A stretch of 64,000 nucleotides of DNA from a phage, in the sequence record PQ374922.1; one strand, given 5' to 3'. The notes below the pieces were generated by a model that worked only from the letters and a program-made list of their open reading frames with translations, was not told the origin of the DNA and searched no databases. Below, piece by piece: positions 9,357 to 18,829 of the stretch (within the stretch, counting starts at the first letter, position 1; every line of letters starts with the position of its first letter). The translations under genes were made by a program, and so were the position numbers.

Positions 9357-11264
9357 ATGAACGAGATGTTCTCTCAAGGTGGTAAAGGCTCTACGGGTAT
9401 TCTTACCAATATACAAGCCATTGCTCGTGCATGTAACGTAGCAGAAGGTAAAGTTATTCTCAGTACGAATACTAATACATTGCTAGATGATAAGACTGTA
9501 CTCTTCGATCGTAATGCTAAGAAGATATGGACTTTACCTACTCTCCCCTCCGGGGCAACCATTGCTAATGTAAATGGTGACCAATTAACCTATAACCCAG
9601 GAGGTATTACCGTTAGTCTACTTCCTGCACCAAATGACATTGCTGTACGAGTTAATGAAGCCATTACAGCAGTATATGACGAACTGGCTTCTAACACTGG
9701 CTCTAGTAAGGTTGGTCACATTACCGGACGTGTTGGTGAAGTTGCTCGCACTGTACAGGCTGCATTAGGTGATTGGGTAAGTCTGAAGGACTTTGGTGCA
9801 GTAGGTGATGGGATTACCGATGACACTGATGCTATTCAGGCTATGGTTGCTTGGGTAAACTCCCGAGCCAAATACTCTGCACCCATTTCTGTTATCTTTC
9901 CTGCTGGTCATTATAAGTACACTACTGGTATAAACTTTACACGCCCTGTAGCAGTATATGGTTTTCAGTCAGCTACTCTGGACTACTCAGGTACAGGTGC
10001 AGCAATGTACTTAGGTGACCCAACTCCAGAAGATGCACCTACTGCTGATAACTTTTATCAGTCTGAATACACTATAGAGGGTCTGCGATTCACTGGTGGT
10101 GTGCAAGCAGGTTTCGGTATTTTCATTAAGTCCTTCGTATTCACACCTAGAATCAGATACTGCATCTTTATGGACTATGGTAACTCTGCAACCTATGACA
10201 TCTATTCTCAGTATGAGAACTGGGATGGAATCATTGAGTGTTGTGAGAAACATACCTACTTCAGTACAGTAGCAACTGGTAGTTTCATAGCTCTCCTTGG
10301 CAAGAAGACTGATGGTAGTGCCTATGATGGTGGTAACTCACGATTTACCATACGTGACTGCTCAATGGGTGCATACGATAACCAAGACTTAGGTTACTTT
10401 GCATATATCAACTCTACATTGTGCCGTGTAATCGGAGGTAACGCACACCACTGTACCGGAGGTATTCTCCTTGGACCAAATGCTCACGGTGCTATTATTG
10501 ATGGATACTACACAGAGGTGAGTACAGCTGTACGACCTTGGATGGTTTCAGTGCTTAGTGACAAGACTAATCCTGCAAACTACCTTTTCCCACAGAGTGT
10601 ACGAATCCGTAACTGTTACATCAACATGCATAGCGAGAAGATAGGGAATAACGGTCGCATCATCGGAATGATGGATGGTAACGTTAAGTTACGTGATTGG
10701 GTAGTAGAGGATATTGCTGTTAGTACATTTGCTAATGGGCAGGTTCTGATTGATATGAACAACCTTGATGAACAGGTTAATAACACCTTTGCGCGAATTA
10801 ATCCTGTATTCATCCCTTATAACTCAGGTGCGGGTGCTAAATTCACTGTTGTCAATAACCCACCATTATCACCAAATGCATGGACATCCTCTGATGTTAT
10901 AGAAGGTACATGGACCCCTTCTGTAGGTGGTAATGCCACTTACAACATTCAGAAGGGTAAGTACCGTAAGGAAGGTCGTAAGGTAACAGTAGAGTTTGAT
11001 ATTCATATCAATACTATTGGTACAGGAAATCAGTCAGCAATTTTAGGTCTGCCTTTTGCGTGTGGTGATTCCACAGGTACAGGTAGTGTAAGCTACTATG
11101 CTGAACTTGCCTTACCTGTTTATGGTTTGTATATCCGAGTAGATGCACTAAGCTCCGATATTACAATCTCTGCATCCACAGCCTCAGCAGCGGGTATCTC
11201 TGGTTCTGTTGCAGCACTGGGGAATAATTCACGAATCATGGGTACATTGGTTTACTTTGTATAA
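9357..11264 (+). CDS. Tailspike protein, pectate-lyase-like beta-helix type
   Basis: 635 aa; N-terminal anchor module KVILSTNTNTLLDDKTVLFDRNAKKIWTLPTLP..QLTYNPGGITVSLLPAP; LKDFGAVGDGITDDTDAIQAMVAW motif; RBS aaagagg. Confidence 0.75.
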   Translation: MNEMFSQGGKGSTGILTNIQAIARACNVAEGKVILSTNTNTLLDDKTVLFDRNAKKIWTLPTLPSGATIANVNGDQLTYNPGGITVSLLPAPNDIAVRVNEAITAVYDELASNTGSSKVGHITGRVGEVARTVQAALGDWVSLKDFGAVGDGITDDTDAIQAMVAWVNSRAKYSAPISVIFPAGHYKYTTGINFTRPVAVYGFQSATLDYSGTGAAMYLGDPTPEDAPTADNFYQSEYTIEGLRFTGGVQAGFGIFIKSFVFTPRIRYCIFMDYGNSATYDIYSQYENWDGIIECCEKHTYFSTVATGSFIALLGKKTDGSAYDGGNSRFTIRDCSMGAYDNQDLGYFAYINSTLCRVIGGNAHHCTGGILLGPNAHGAIIDGYYTEVSTAVRPWMVSVLSDKTNPANYLFPQSVRIRNCYINMHSEKIGNNGRIIGMMDGNVKLRDWVVEDIAVSTFANGQVLIDMNNLDEQVNNTFARINPVFIPYNSGAGAKFTVVNNPPLSPNAWTSSDVIEGTWTPSVGGNATYNIQKGKYRKEGRKVTVEFDIHINTIGTGNQSAILGLPFACGDSTGTGSVSYYAELALPVYGLYIRVDALSSDITISASTASAAGISGSVAALGNNSRIMGTLVYFV

Positions 11265-11280
11265 CGCGTGACATTACTAA

Positions 11281-11310
11281 AAGCCCCCAATTAAGGGGGC
11301 TTTTCTTATA
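11281..11310 (+). terminator. Rho-independent terminator (aagcccccaattaagggggctttt)
   Basis: GC-rich stem plus T-tract after stop at 11264. Confidence 0.65.
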
Positions 11311-11525
11311 TAGAGTTTACCGTTTGCATTACCCTAATTGATACTGCTGTCAGGGTGATTACTTGCCCAGATATATTAAACATACCTAGTTGAATACCAT
11401 CCACCATGAAAAGGGTCAGTTGAACCAAGCGTGTAAGTAGCTAATACATTATCCCTGTTAGCAATGTCCGTTTTATACTAGCGTCTGAACCTACTACTGT
11501 AGTTCCATTGGTTCATCCCATTCTC
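11305..11525. repeat. Copy B of ~240-bp intergenic direct repeat (degenerate; internal ORF disrupted)
   Basis: Alignable by eye to 6173-6430; extra A in the homopolymer breaks the ORF found in copy A. Confidence 0.55.
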
Positions 11526-11635
11526 TTGCTGTACCACCACAAATAGCAGAGGTCTTGAATCCATGACCATAACCACAGAAAGATAATCAAAGACCCTTCG
11601 GACTTATTTCTTTCTATTCCTCGGTTGGTTGTATA

Positions 11636-11646
11636 CTAAATATCTC
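11636..11646 (+). promoter_or_regulatory. Late-promoter-like motif variant CTAAATATCTC
   Basis: About 30 nt upstream of ATG 11677. Confidence 0.45.
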
Positions 11647-11676
11647 TATAATGGCACCTATCGATGGAGCATCAAA

Positions 11677-14600
11677 ATGCAAGAAATGAACCTCAACCGC
11701 CGCCCATATTGGGATGACTGGAATCCAGAGAAGCGTTTTTCGCGCATCCTATTCCGCCCGGCACCTATCAAAGTTCAGACGCGTGAACTGAACCAGATGC
11801 AGACCATCTTCCAGGATCAACTGGAGAAACTTGGCAACCATCTGTTCAAAGACGGATCAATGGTTATCCCCGGCGGCCTGACGATCACCAATACTGCTGT
11901 GTCCATGAAGTTCACTCTGGCTGGTGGTAGTGAGTTCACTGATCTGGAAGGTATCTCCGAACTCTATGTTCTGGGCAAGGACAACAATGCGAAAGCACGC
12001 GTCCTGTCCTTGGAACGTTATCCAGCTGAGCCGGATACAATGTATGCCATCTTAGAGATGACTGAGAGTGGTAGTTCAGACGGTTTCGAAGCTGGCGACA
12101 ACCTATACTTCAACACCTATGACGTGAACGATAACTTCATCCGTGTCGGCTATGGTGTGGCCGATACTGTTGGTGGTTCGATTGTTGCTCGCATGACAAA
12201 GGGTGTTTATTTCGTTCGTGGTATGTTCCTGGATGTTGAACCAGCCACTCTGATCGTAGACAACGCATCGAACTCTACATCTCACCGCATTGGCTTCAAA
12301 GTTACAGAAACAATCGTGACCGAAGCAGAAGATGAAAGTCTGTTCTCCAATGCTCAGGGTACTCCGAACTCTAAAGCCCCTGGTGCGCATCGCCTGCGCG
12401 TCGACCTCGTGTTGTCTCGCTACGGTTATGATGAAGAAGTGGCCGACTTCGTTGAACTGGCGAAGGTGAAAGACGGTCGTGTTCAGTCCATGGTCACCCA
12501 GTCAACGTACAACATCCTCGAAGACGCCATGGCTCAGCGTACCTATGAGACCAACGGGGATTACAACGTCTCTACTCACCAGATCGACCTGCGCGAACAT
12601 CTGAAACAGAACAACAACGGCGGCGTTTACACTCCGGCCGAAGGTGGCGACGAAAGCAAATTCGTGGCGGTTATGAAGCCAGGGATATCCTACGTTCGTG
12701 GTCGTCGTATCGAAAACCTCGGCGAAGAGCTGGTCATAATTGACAAAGCCCGTGACACTGATATCCTGAACAACAACCCTGTGGCTGTTTCGACTGGCAA
12801 CTATCTGGTGTCCAAGAACTCCAAAGGGGTTCCGGTTGTCTCCCGCACAATCCGCTACAAGTTCCTGAACGCATCCAGCGATGTGCAGGCCACCGCCCTG
12901 CTGATTTCGGCAGAGCGCTCTGGTGCTGAATTCCGTCTGTATATGCGCGACCTGGTTGTGACTGGGGACATGGGCACGGTGACCAAAGTCGCTTATGAAG
13001 AAAGCGGCACAACCATGTTCTCTTGTGAACTGGAGTCCAATCAGTTCAGCCAGAGTTCAGCAATTGACCTGATCTTCCCTCTGCCTGTATTTGGTGTGAA
13101 GACTCTAGCACCTACAGGCACCATCGACATCAACTACACTGTCCTGCGGTCAAACAAGATCACGTTGAACGCCGCTGGTGCAGGCTCAATTTCTGCTCCT
13201 CTGGGTTACAGCTTCAGCCCTGAGTTTTCACTGTATTCCGCAGCGAAAGCAGATGGCACTGCAGCTCAGTTTGATATCTCTTCGGGACTGTCCCTGGCTG
13301 GTACTCCGGTTGGTTCAGCACTGCAGATTTCCCTGGGCGCGGGGTACGCCAACCAGTCTATCAACCTGTTGGCATTGATGGTCCGCACCACAGCGACGAT
13401 CAAGACCAAGACTGTTACCGAAGTCACCGAGACTGTGACGTTTACCGCGGCAGCCAGCGCACAACTTGGGAACCATGATGGTTACAAGCTGATCAGCGTG
13501 AAGAACGCAAATGGCGCTGACGTCACCTCTAACTTCACTCTGGACGGCGGTCAGCGTGATGCTGCATACTACCTTTCTAACCTCATATCGTCCACAGGAG
13601 CCATTTCAGGGACGTTCACGGTGGTGTATCAGTATTTCGCTCACAGCTCTGGTGATTTCTTCACAGCGGACTCCTATTCGTCCATCAACTACCCAGACAT
13701 CCCGAACTATGTTTCATCCAGTTCTGGTACTGTGTATGGGTTGGCCGACAGTCTGGACTTCCGTCCCAAGATCACCAGCGGAGCGTCTGACACGGACATG
13801 GTTCGCCCGAACACCGCGATCATCCTAGATGCAGAGTACTATCTGCCTCGTATTGATGCTGTGTATCTGGCAGACAACGGTGTGTTCAACGTTGCTCGTG
13901 GTGTGAGTTCCAACAACCTGGCTTCCCCTGCGATCCCAGACAACGGCATGCGCCTGTATGAATTGATGATCCCACCATACACGGCCAACATTGACGACAT
14001 CCAGATTCGTACTATCGACAACCGCCGCTACACGATGCGCGATATCGGTAAACTGGAGACCCGTATCTCCAATGTCGAATATTACACCTCACTGTCTCAG
14101 CTGGAATCCTCGGCGATGTCACAACAGGTGTTCGATCCAATTACTGGCAACCCGCGCTTCAAGAACGGTATCGCAGCAGACCCGTTCAAAGACTTCCGTC
14201 TGATCGACGATTTGTCTGCAGACTGGGTGGGTTCAATCGACACTGACAATGGTCGCCTGCGTCCGTTTGTTCAGCAGAACGCGATTGACCTGACGCCAGT
14301 CGGTTGGAACAACGTTCAGGATGGCATGGTTGTATGCAACTACACCCGTGAGATCTCTGTCCGCCAGGACTATGCAACCACGACCATCAACGTGAACCCG
14401 TATGCGGTGTTCAACTGGGAAGGTTTCTTGAAGCTGAACCCAACTACTGATTACTGGTTTGAGAACTACTATGTTACTCCACGTGTGATCAACGAAACGA
14501 TCAACACCCGTGGTGCGATCAAAGAAGGTTCTGTGTATGGCACATGGCGTACTGTGTCCGTGTCTGAGCGTGTGTGGGAACCGCATGGTGCAGGTGGTGT

Positions 14601-16515
14601 ATGGTGGGGCTATCGCTACCGCACGACTGTGTCTACCCGTGACGTCACCACGTACACGTACACCGACAAGACGACCACTACCCTGACTGGCGAGCAGATC
14701 GTTGAAACGCAGGTTATCCCATACATGCGCAAAACGAACATCAACTTCGAAGCCACAGGCCTGCGTCCGTTCACTCGTGTGTATCCGTTCTTCTCTGGGC
14801 GTGATGTGAGCGCGTACTGTACCCCAAACGGTGGTGTACTGGGTGGTGCGTTGAATACTGATGCCAACGGCAACATCAAAGGTGTGTTTGCGGTTCCTCA
14901 GAACGAGACTATCAAGTTTAACACGGGTGACAACGTCTTCCGTCTGACTGACAGTCCTGTGGACAGCAAGTCTGCTGATGATACCCTGACCAATGCCGAG
15001 GCTGTTCATAAGTCCTTCGGCAAGAAACAGGGCATCCAGAAGACTTATGTCAACACCCGCGTCCTGGGATACACTGCGACCAAGTCTACGGAAAACAAAA
15101 CAGAGACGGTTGAAGTCGCGAAGTGGAAAGATCCTATCGCCCAGTCCTTCATGGTTGCCACCAATATCGGCGGCGAATACATCGAAGGCATCGAAGTGTT
15201 CTTCTCTACCAAGTCCCGTGATATCCCGATCACTCTGGAAATCCGCGAGATGAGCAATGGTCTGCCAGCGACGACTGTCGTCACTCGTAAGACTCTGAAT
15301 CCATCAGAAGTTTCCATCTCCACAGACTCTTCTGTGCCGACGATGTTCAAGTTTGATTATCCTGTGTATCTGCAGGCGCAAACCGAGTTCGCGATTGTTC
15401 TCTTGGCCAACACTCAGGACTACAACGCATACATCGCAGAGATGGGCAAGAAGAACTTGCTGACCAACGAGTTCATTGCCAAACAGCCGTACACAGGCGT
15501 GTTCTTCACATCTTCAAATGGTACGACCTGGACTCCAAACCAGACTGCCGATATGAAGTTCCGTGTATATCGCTGTAACTTCTCCGCTGGTTCGAACATC
15601 GTGACCTTCGATGCTAAAGTCGGTCCGAAGATCCGCCCTCTGGGTCTGAATACCGTGAAATGTGTCAACGGTTCTTCAACTGTTACTGTGTACGCTCCGG
15701 GGCATGGCCTGACTGCGGGTGAAAGTGTTACTCTGTCTGGGTTGACGGGTGGTTGCGGTTTCACTCCTGAGCAACTGAACGCTCAACACACTGTGACTGA
15801 TGCGACGTTCACGACGTTCAAATTCGTTCTGAGTTCCAACGCCGACTCCGACGGTCAGATTGGTGGTGAAGCGGCTTCTTTCCTAGGCAACTACTTGGTA
15901 GACATGTTCTACGCAAGCGTCACCAATTCAGCCCTAGAAGGATCTGTATTGAAACTGGAATACCGCTATCGCGATGCGACCTCCAACTCATTCTCTGATT
16001 GGGTTGAGTTCGAATCCGATACGGACGTGTCTCTGCCGACGGAAGGTATCTATCGTCAGGTGGGCGACTTCCAGGTTCGTGCAACCATGACTCGCAACGA
16101 GAGTAATGTCTACACGGCTCCAATGATCGACGGTGATGATTTCACTATCATCTTCAACACCTACGGTGTGGATCCGTTTGAAGATGTGTTCAGCTATGTG
16201 ACCAAGGATATCGGATTCGATAACCCTTGCACCACTCTGAAGCAATACTTCGGCGCGATGCTACCTTCTCAGTCTTCAATGACTGTGCAGGTTAAACTTC
16301 TGCGCGCAGGTCAGGAGATGGATAATGTGCCATGGGAAACAGTGACACCGACATCCCCTCTGGTCAATGACGGTTCTACATTCTTCGAATATGAGTATGA
16401 CAAGACTGTAGAAAGCACCAATCCTTTCGTTGGTCTGAAGATCCGCCTGCTGGTCAGAGGCAACCGCACAGCACCGCCGTCATTCAAAGATTTCCGTTTG
16501 ATTGCTCTGGCATAA
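11677..16515 (+). CDS. Large virion structural protein (1612 aa), likely baseplate or tail-fibre associated
   Basis: Long ORF between the tailspike cluster and the neck genes; ORF track begins at TTG 11629, first ATG with RBS (ggag) is 11677; E. coli-like codon usage; function not assignable by eye. Confidence 0.6.
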   Translation: MQEMNLNRRPYWDDWNPEKRFSRILFRPAPIKVQTRELNQMQTIFQDQLEKLGNHLFKDGSMVIPGGLTITNTAVSMKFTLAGGSEFTDLEGISELYVLGKDNNAKARVLSLERYPAEPDTMYAILEMTESGSSDGFEAGDNLYFNTYDVNDNFIRVGYGVADTVGGSIVARMTKGVYFVRGMFLDVEPATLIVDNASNSTSHRIGFKVTETIVTEAEDESLFSNAQGTPNSKAPGAHRLRVDLVLSRYGYDEEVADFVELAKVKDGRVQSMVTQSTYNILEDAMAQRTYETNGDYNVSTHQIDLREHLKQNNNGGVYTPAEGGDESKFVAVMKPGISYVRGRRIENLGEELVIIDKARDTDILNNNPVAVSTGNYLVSKNSKGVPVVSRTIRYKFLNASSDVQATALLISAERSGAEFRLYMRDLVVTGDMGTVTKVAYEESGTTMFSCELESNQFSQSSAIDLIFPLPVFGVKTLAPTGTIDINYTVLRSNKITLNAAGAGSISAPLGYSFSPEFSLYSAAKADGTAAQFDISSGLSLAGTPVGSALQISLGAGYANQSINLLALMVRTTATIKTKTVTEVTETVTFTAAASAQLGNHDGYKLISVKNANGADVTSNFTLDGGQRDAAYYLSNLISSTGAISGTFTVVYQYFAHSSGDFFTADSYSSINYPDIPNYVSSSSGTVYGLADSLDFRPKITSGASDTDMVRPNTAIILDAEYYLPRIDAVYLADNGVFNVARGVSSNNLASPAIPDNGMRLYELMIPPYTANIDDIQIRTIDNRRYTMRDIGKLETRISNVEYYTSLSQLESSAMSQQVFDPITGNPRFKNGIAADPFKDFRLIDDLSADWVGSIDTDNGRLRPFVQQNAIDLTPVGWNNVQDGMVVCNYTREISVRQDYATTTINVNPYAVFNWEGFLKLNPTTDYWFENYYVTPRVINETINTRGAIKEGSVYGTWRTVSVSERVWEPHGAGGVWWGYRYRTTVSTRDVTTYTYTDKTTTTLTGEQIVETQVIPYMRKTNINFEATGLRPFTRVYPFFSGRDVSAYCTPNGGVLGGALNTDANGNIKGVFAVPQNETIKFNTGDNVFRLTDSPVDSKSADDTLTNAEAVHKSFGKKQGIQKTYVNTRVLGYTATKSTENKTETVEVAKWKDPIAQSFMVATNIGGEYIEGIEVFFSTKSRDIPITLEIREMSNGLPATTVVTRKTLNPSEVSISTDSSVPTMFKFDYPVYLQAQTEFAIVLLANTQDYNAYIAEMGKKNLLTNEFIAKQPYTGVFFTSSNGTTWTPNQTADMKFRVYRCNFSAGSNIVTFDAKVGPKIRPLGLNTVKCVNGSSTVTVYAPGHGLTAGESVTLSGLTGGCGFTPEQLNAQHTVTDATFTTFKFVLSSNADSDGQIGGEAASFLGNYLVDMFYASVTNSALEGSVLKLEYRYRDATSNSFSDWVEFESDTDVSLPTEGIYRQVGDFQVRATMTRNESNVYTAPMIDGDDFTIIFNTYGVDPFEDVFSYVTKDIGFDNPCTTLKQYFGAMLPSQSSMTVQVKLLRAGQEMDNVPWETVTPTSPLVNDGSTFFEYEYDKTVESTNPFVGLKIRLLVRGNRTAPPSFKDFRLIALA

Positions 16516-16564
16516 GTAATATTAACAAGGCGGGGTTGCCCCGCCATTAACAGAGGATATTATC

Positions 16565-16813
16565 ATGCGTGGTGTAAAAGTACAAGGGCATGCATCGATG
16601 ATGAGAAGTAGCTCTTGCCCTGGGGCTATCATCTGCACAGACAATGCTGCCGGTTTGGCAGCACTGAACGCTCGTCGAAATCAGGAAGAAAAGGACAAAA
16701 CTATTGCAGCGCAGGCAGCGCAAATAGATCAACTGACAGCGATGGTACAACTCATGGCAGAACACCTCGGGATTGAACTCCCGTCAGGAGGCCAAGATGG
16801 CAACCCAAACTGA
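16565..16813 (+). CDS. Hypothetical protein (82 aa)
   Basis: ATG with RBS agagga; overlaps next gene by 17 nt. Confidence 0.5.
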   Translation: MRGVKVQGHASMMRSSSCPGAIICTDNAAGLAALNARRNQEEKDKTIAAQAAQIDQLTAMVQLMAEHLGIELPSGGQDGNPN

Positions 16814-17135
16814 CACTGTGATCGATGTGAAAGCGATCCTCACCGGGGTGCTGACGGCGACGATAGTCTCTGTTGGCTCGGTTGTTTGGATGATGGGTAA
16901 ATTTGAGAATCGCCTTGATGTGGTTGAGCGTGACTCCAACAAGGTCGACCTAATCCTCACCAAGGTGAACGATATGAATGAGAAGATTGCTGTGTTAAAC
17001 ACAGACGTTAACTACGTCAAGCAGAACGTTGCTGAGTTGAAACTCAATAGCAACAGTCTATCCGACGACGTTCGCACTTTACGTATCACCGTCGCTGATA
17101 TCCAGAGCAACAAGGGGAATGGCAATGGCCGTTAA
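16797..17135 (+). CDS. Hypothetical protein with N-terminal hydrophobic segment and C-terminal coiled coil (112 aa)
   Basis: RBS aggagg before ATG 16797; hydrophobic stretch ILTGVLTATIVSVGSVVWMMG followed by heptad-like repeats. Confidence 0.5.
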   Translation: MATQTDTVIDVKAILTGVLTATIVSVGSVVWMMGKFENRLDVVERDSNKVDLILTKVNDMNEKIAVLNTDVNYVKQNVAELKLNSNSLSDDVRTLRITVADIQSNKGNGNGR

Positions 17136-17877
17136 TTCTATTGTTGATCGTAAAGGATTTATGAATTACATTCTCAAGAAATTGGGGGCACCTGTAATTC
17201 AGATCAACCTTGACCCAACGCAAGTTTCGGATGCTGTAGACGATGCTCTACAGAAGTTTTGGGAGTATCATCGTGATGGCAGTCAGGACGCATTCTTTGT
17301 TCACCAGGTGACTGAAGAAACTATCACCAACGGTTACATCGAATTCCCCAAAGACATCGACGACGTGGTTGAAGTCATCGTTGGCCCTCCGATTGAATCG
17401 ATCGGTAACTGGGCAACCCCTCAATGGCAGATGGCCCAAGCCATGTTGGTACCAAAGGCCGCCCTCGTTTCCATCCGCTTGGTCGACTATGTTTCAATGC
17501 AACAGCGTTTGTCTGACATCACCAGTGTGCTGAACGTGAAGCGCACCTTCGTTTACAAGAAATTCCAGCGCAAACTCTACCCACAATTCGCCCTGATAAA
17601 GGACGAGGTGTTGGCGTTCAAATGCTTCCAGAACATCGACCCAGAGGTTGAGGGTAATGAAGAAGCATGGAATGATATGTGGCTGAAGGCATATGCAACT
17701 GCGTTGGTCAAGCGCCGCTGGGCAGAAGTGCTCAAGAAGGCAAGAGGCATCCGTCTCCCTGGCGGTATCGAGCTGGATGGCGATAGTATGTTCAGTGAGG
17801 CTGAAGCGGAGATCGAGCGTTTAGAGGAAGAATTGCGTACTGGTCAGCAGTACCCTATCGACTTCTACATGGGATAA
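17119..17877 (+). CDS. Neck protein, T4 gp13-like
   Basis: N-terminal ILKKLGAPVIQINLDPTQV and C-terminal LKAYATALVK...RLPGGIELDG match my recollection of T4 gp13; position upstream of gp14/gp15-like genes. Confidence 0.8.
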   Translation: MAMAVNSIVDRKGFMNYILKKLGAPVIQINLDPTQVSDAVDDALQKFWEYHRDGSQDAFFVHQVTEETITNGYIEFPKDIDDVVEVIVGPPIESIGNWATPQWQMAQAMLVPKAALVSIRLVDYVSMQQRLSDITSVLNVKRTFVYKKFQRKLYPQFALIKDEVLAFKCFQNIDPEVEGNEEAWNDMWLKAYATALVKRRWAEVLKKARGIRLPGGIELDGDSMFSEAEAEIERLEEELRTGQQYPIDFYMG

Positions 17878-17879
17878 GG

Positions 17880-17906
17880 AAAGGCGGGATTACCCGCCCT
17901 TCTTTT
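17880..17906. terminator. Hairpin terminator shared by convergent genes (aaggcgggattacccgccctt)
   Basis: GC stem-loop between the plus gene ending 17877 and the minus gene ending 17905. Confidence 0.6.
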
Positions 17907-18117
17907 AGATTTTCAAATCCAGGTTTCCGTTGCCACTACCACGCAGCAGACCGTCTTCTGTCTTGTCTTTGGAGTTCCACCACTCAATGAAGTCTGTGCC
18001 ATCTACTTCTTTCACCAGACCGACGATGTCGTAATCACCACCTCCAATCTTGGCGTCCACACAGATGATTCGGACGCGACGACCGCTGCGAACTTCTTTG
18101 ATGTCTTCCACTTGCAT
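17905..18117 (-). CDS. Small hypothetical protein (70 aa) on the opposite strand inside the late structural operon
   Basis: Good RBS (gagga) 6 nt before the minus-strand ATG; flanked by terminator; product unrecognised. Confidence 0.45.
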   Translation of the reverse strand: MQVEDIKEVRSGRRVRIICVDAKIGGGDYDIVGLVKEVDGTDFIEWWNSKDKTEDGLLRGSGNGNLDLKI

Positions 18118-18146
18118 GAGCTATTCCTCAAAAGAATAAACTTCGA

Positions 18147-18157
18147 CTAAATACCTT
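18147..18157 (+). promoter_or_regulatory. Late-promoter-like motif CTAAATACCTT
   Basis: About 20 nt upstream of ATG 18177; followed by GAGGGTAT complement. Confidence 0.5.
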
Positions 18158-18176
18158 CAAAATTGAGGGTATCGAT

Positions 18177-18827
18177 ATGGCCACTTCTAAATATTTCAAC
18201 GCCACCAATCACCAAGGCACACAGAAGCTGATTGAAGATTTGGTACAGGAAATGATTGAGTTGCGCGGGATAGACATCAAGTATATACCCCGTTCCATCG
18301 TTGAAAAATTTCCTATCACTAACGATGCTAACCACAGATTCGACCAGGCGTTCGACATCGAAGCGTACATGCAGGATTATCAGGGCTTCAACACCCAGAT
18401 GTGGGAGAAGTTTGGGGGTATCCAATTGCAAGACGAAGTGACGTTCTCTATCTCGCGCCGCCGATTTGCCGAGGTGATAGGCAACGGTGTTGGGTTTGAA
18501 CAACAACCTCAGGAAGGTGACCTGATCTATCTACCACTGGCAAACAAGATCTTCAAGGTCAACAACCCGAACAACGATGAAGACTTCATGCAATTTGGCA
18601 AATGGTATACGTTCTCTCTGCCGTGTACGTTGTTCCAGTACGGCAACGAAAACTTCGATACGGGCGTTCCGGAGATCGACGATATCGACAAACGTCTGTC
18701 CATCTTGGACGAAGAGAACGAACCGGACGTGTACAAGGATTCTTCTCTGCAGACCGACAATGCTTTGGCGGATGTGCTTGAGAAGGGGCTTGCAGTAGAC
18801 AAGATGAAGATCGACTTTGGAGAATAA
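18177..18827 (+). CDS. Neck protein, gp14-like (by position)
   Basis: 216 aa; RBS gaggg; lies between gp13-like and gp15-like genes as in T4. Confidence 0.55.
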   Translation: MATSKYFNATNHQGTQKLIEDLVQEMIELRGIDIKYIPRSIVEKFPITNDANHRFDQAFDIEAYMQDYQGFNTQMWEKFGGIQLQDEVTFSISRRRFAEVIGNGVGFEQQPQEGDLIYLPLANKIFKVNNPNNDEDFMQFGKWYTFSLPCTLFQYGNENFDTGVPEIDDIDKRLSILDEENEPDVYKDSSLQTDNALADVLEKGLAVDKMKIDFGE

Positions 18828-18829
18828 TC

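Noticed and set aside
14233-15009. 258-codon minus-strand ORF inside the large structural gene; similar long antisense ORFs occur at 23406-24422, 27203-28045, 30253-31116, 50454-50987 and 52477-53388
   Set aside because: All lie fully inside strongly supported plus-strand genes, lack RBS, and translate to Arg/Ser/Cys/His-rich sequence typical of antisense frames.
16565-17135. Holin or spanin lysis cassette
   Set aside because: Only one of the two small proteins has a hydrophobic segment, no lipoprotein partner or endolysin is nearby, and the location is inside the virion morphogenesis module; kept only as a low-interest note.
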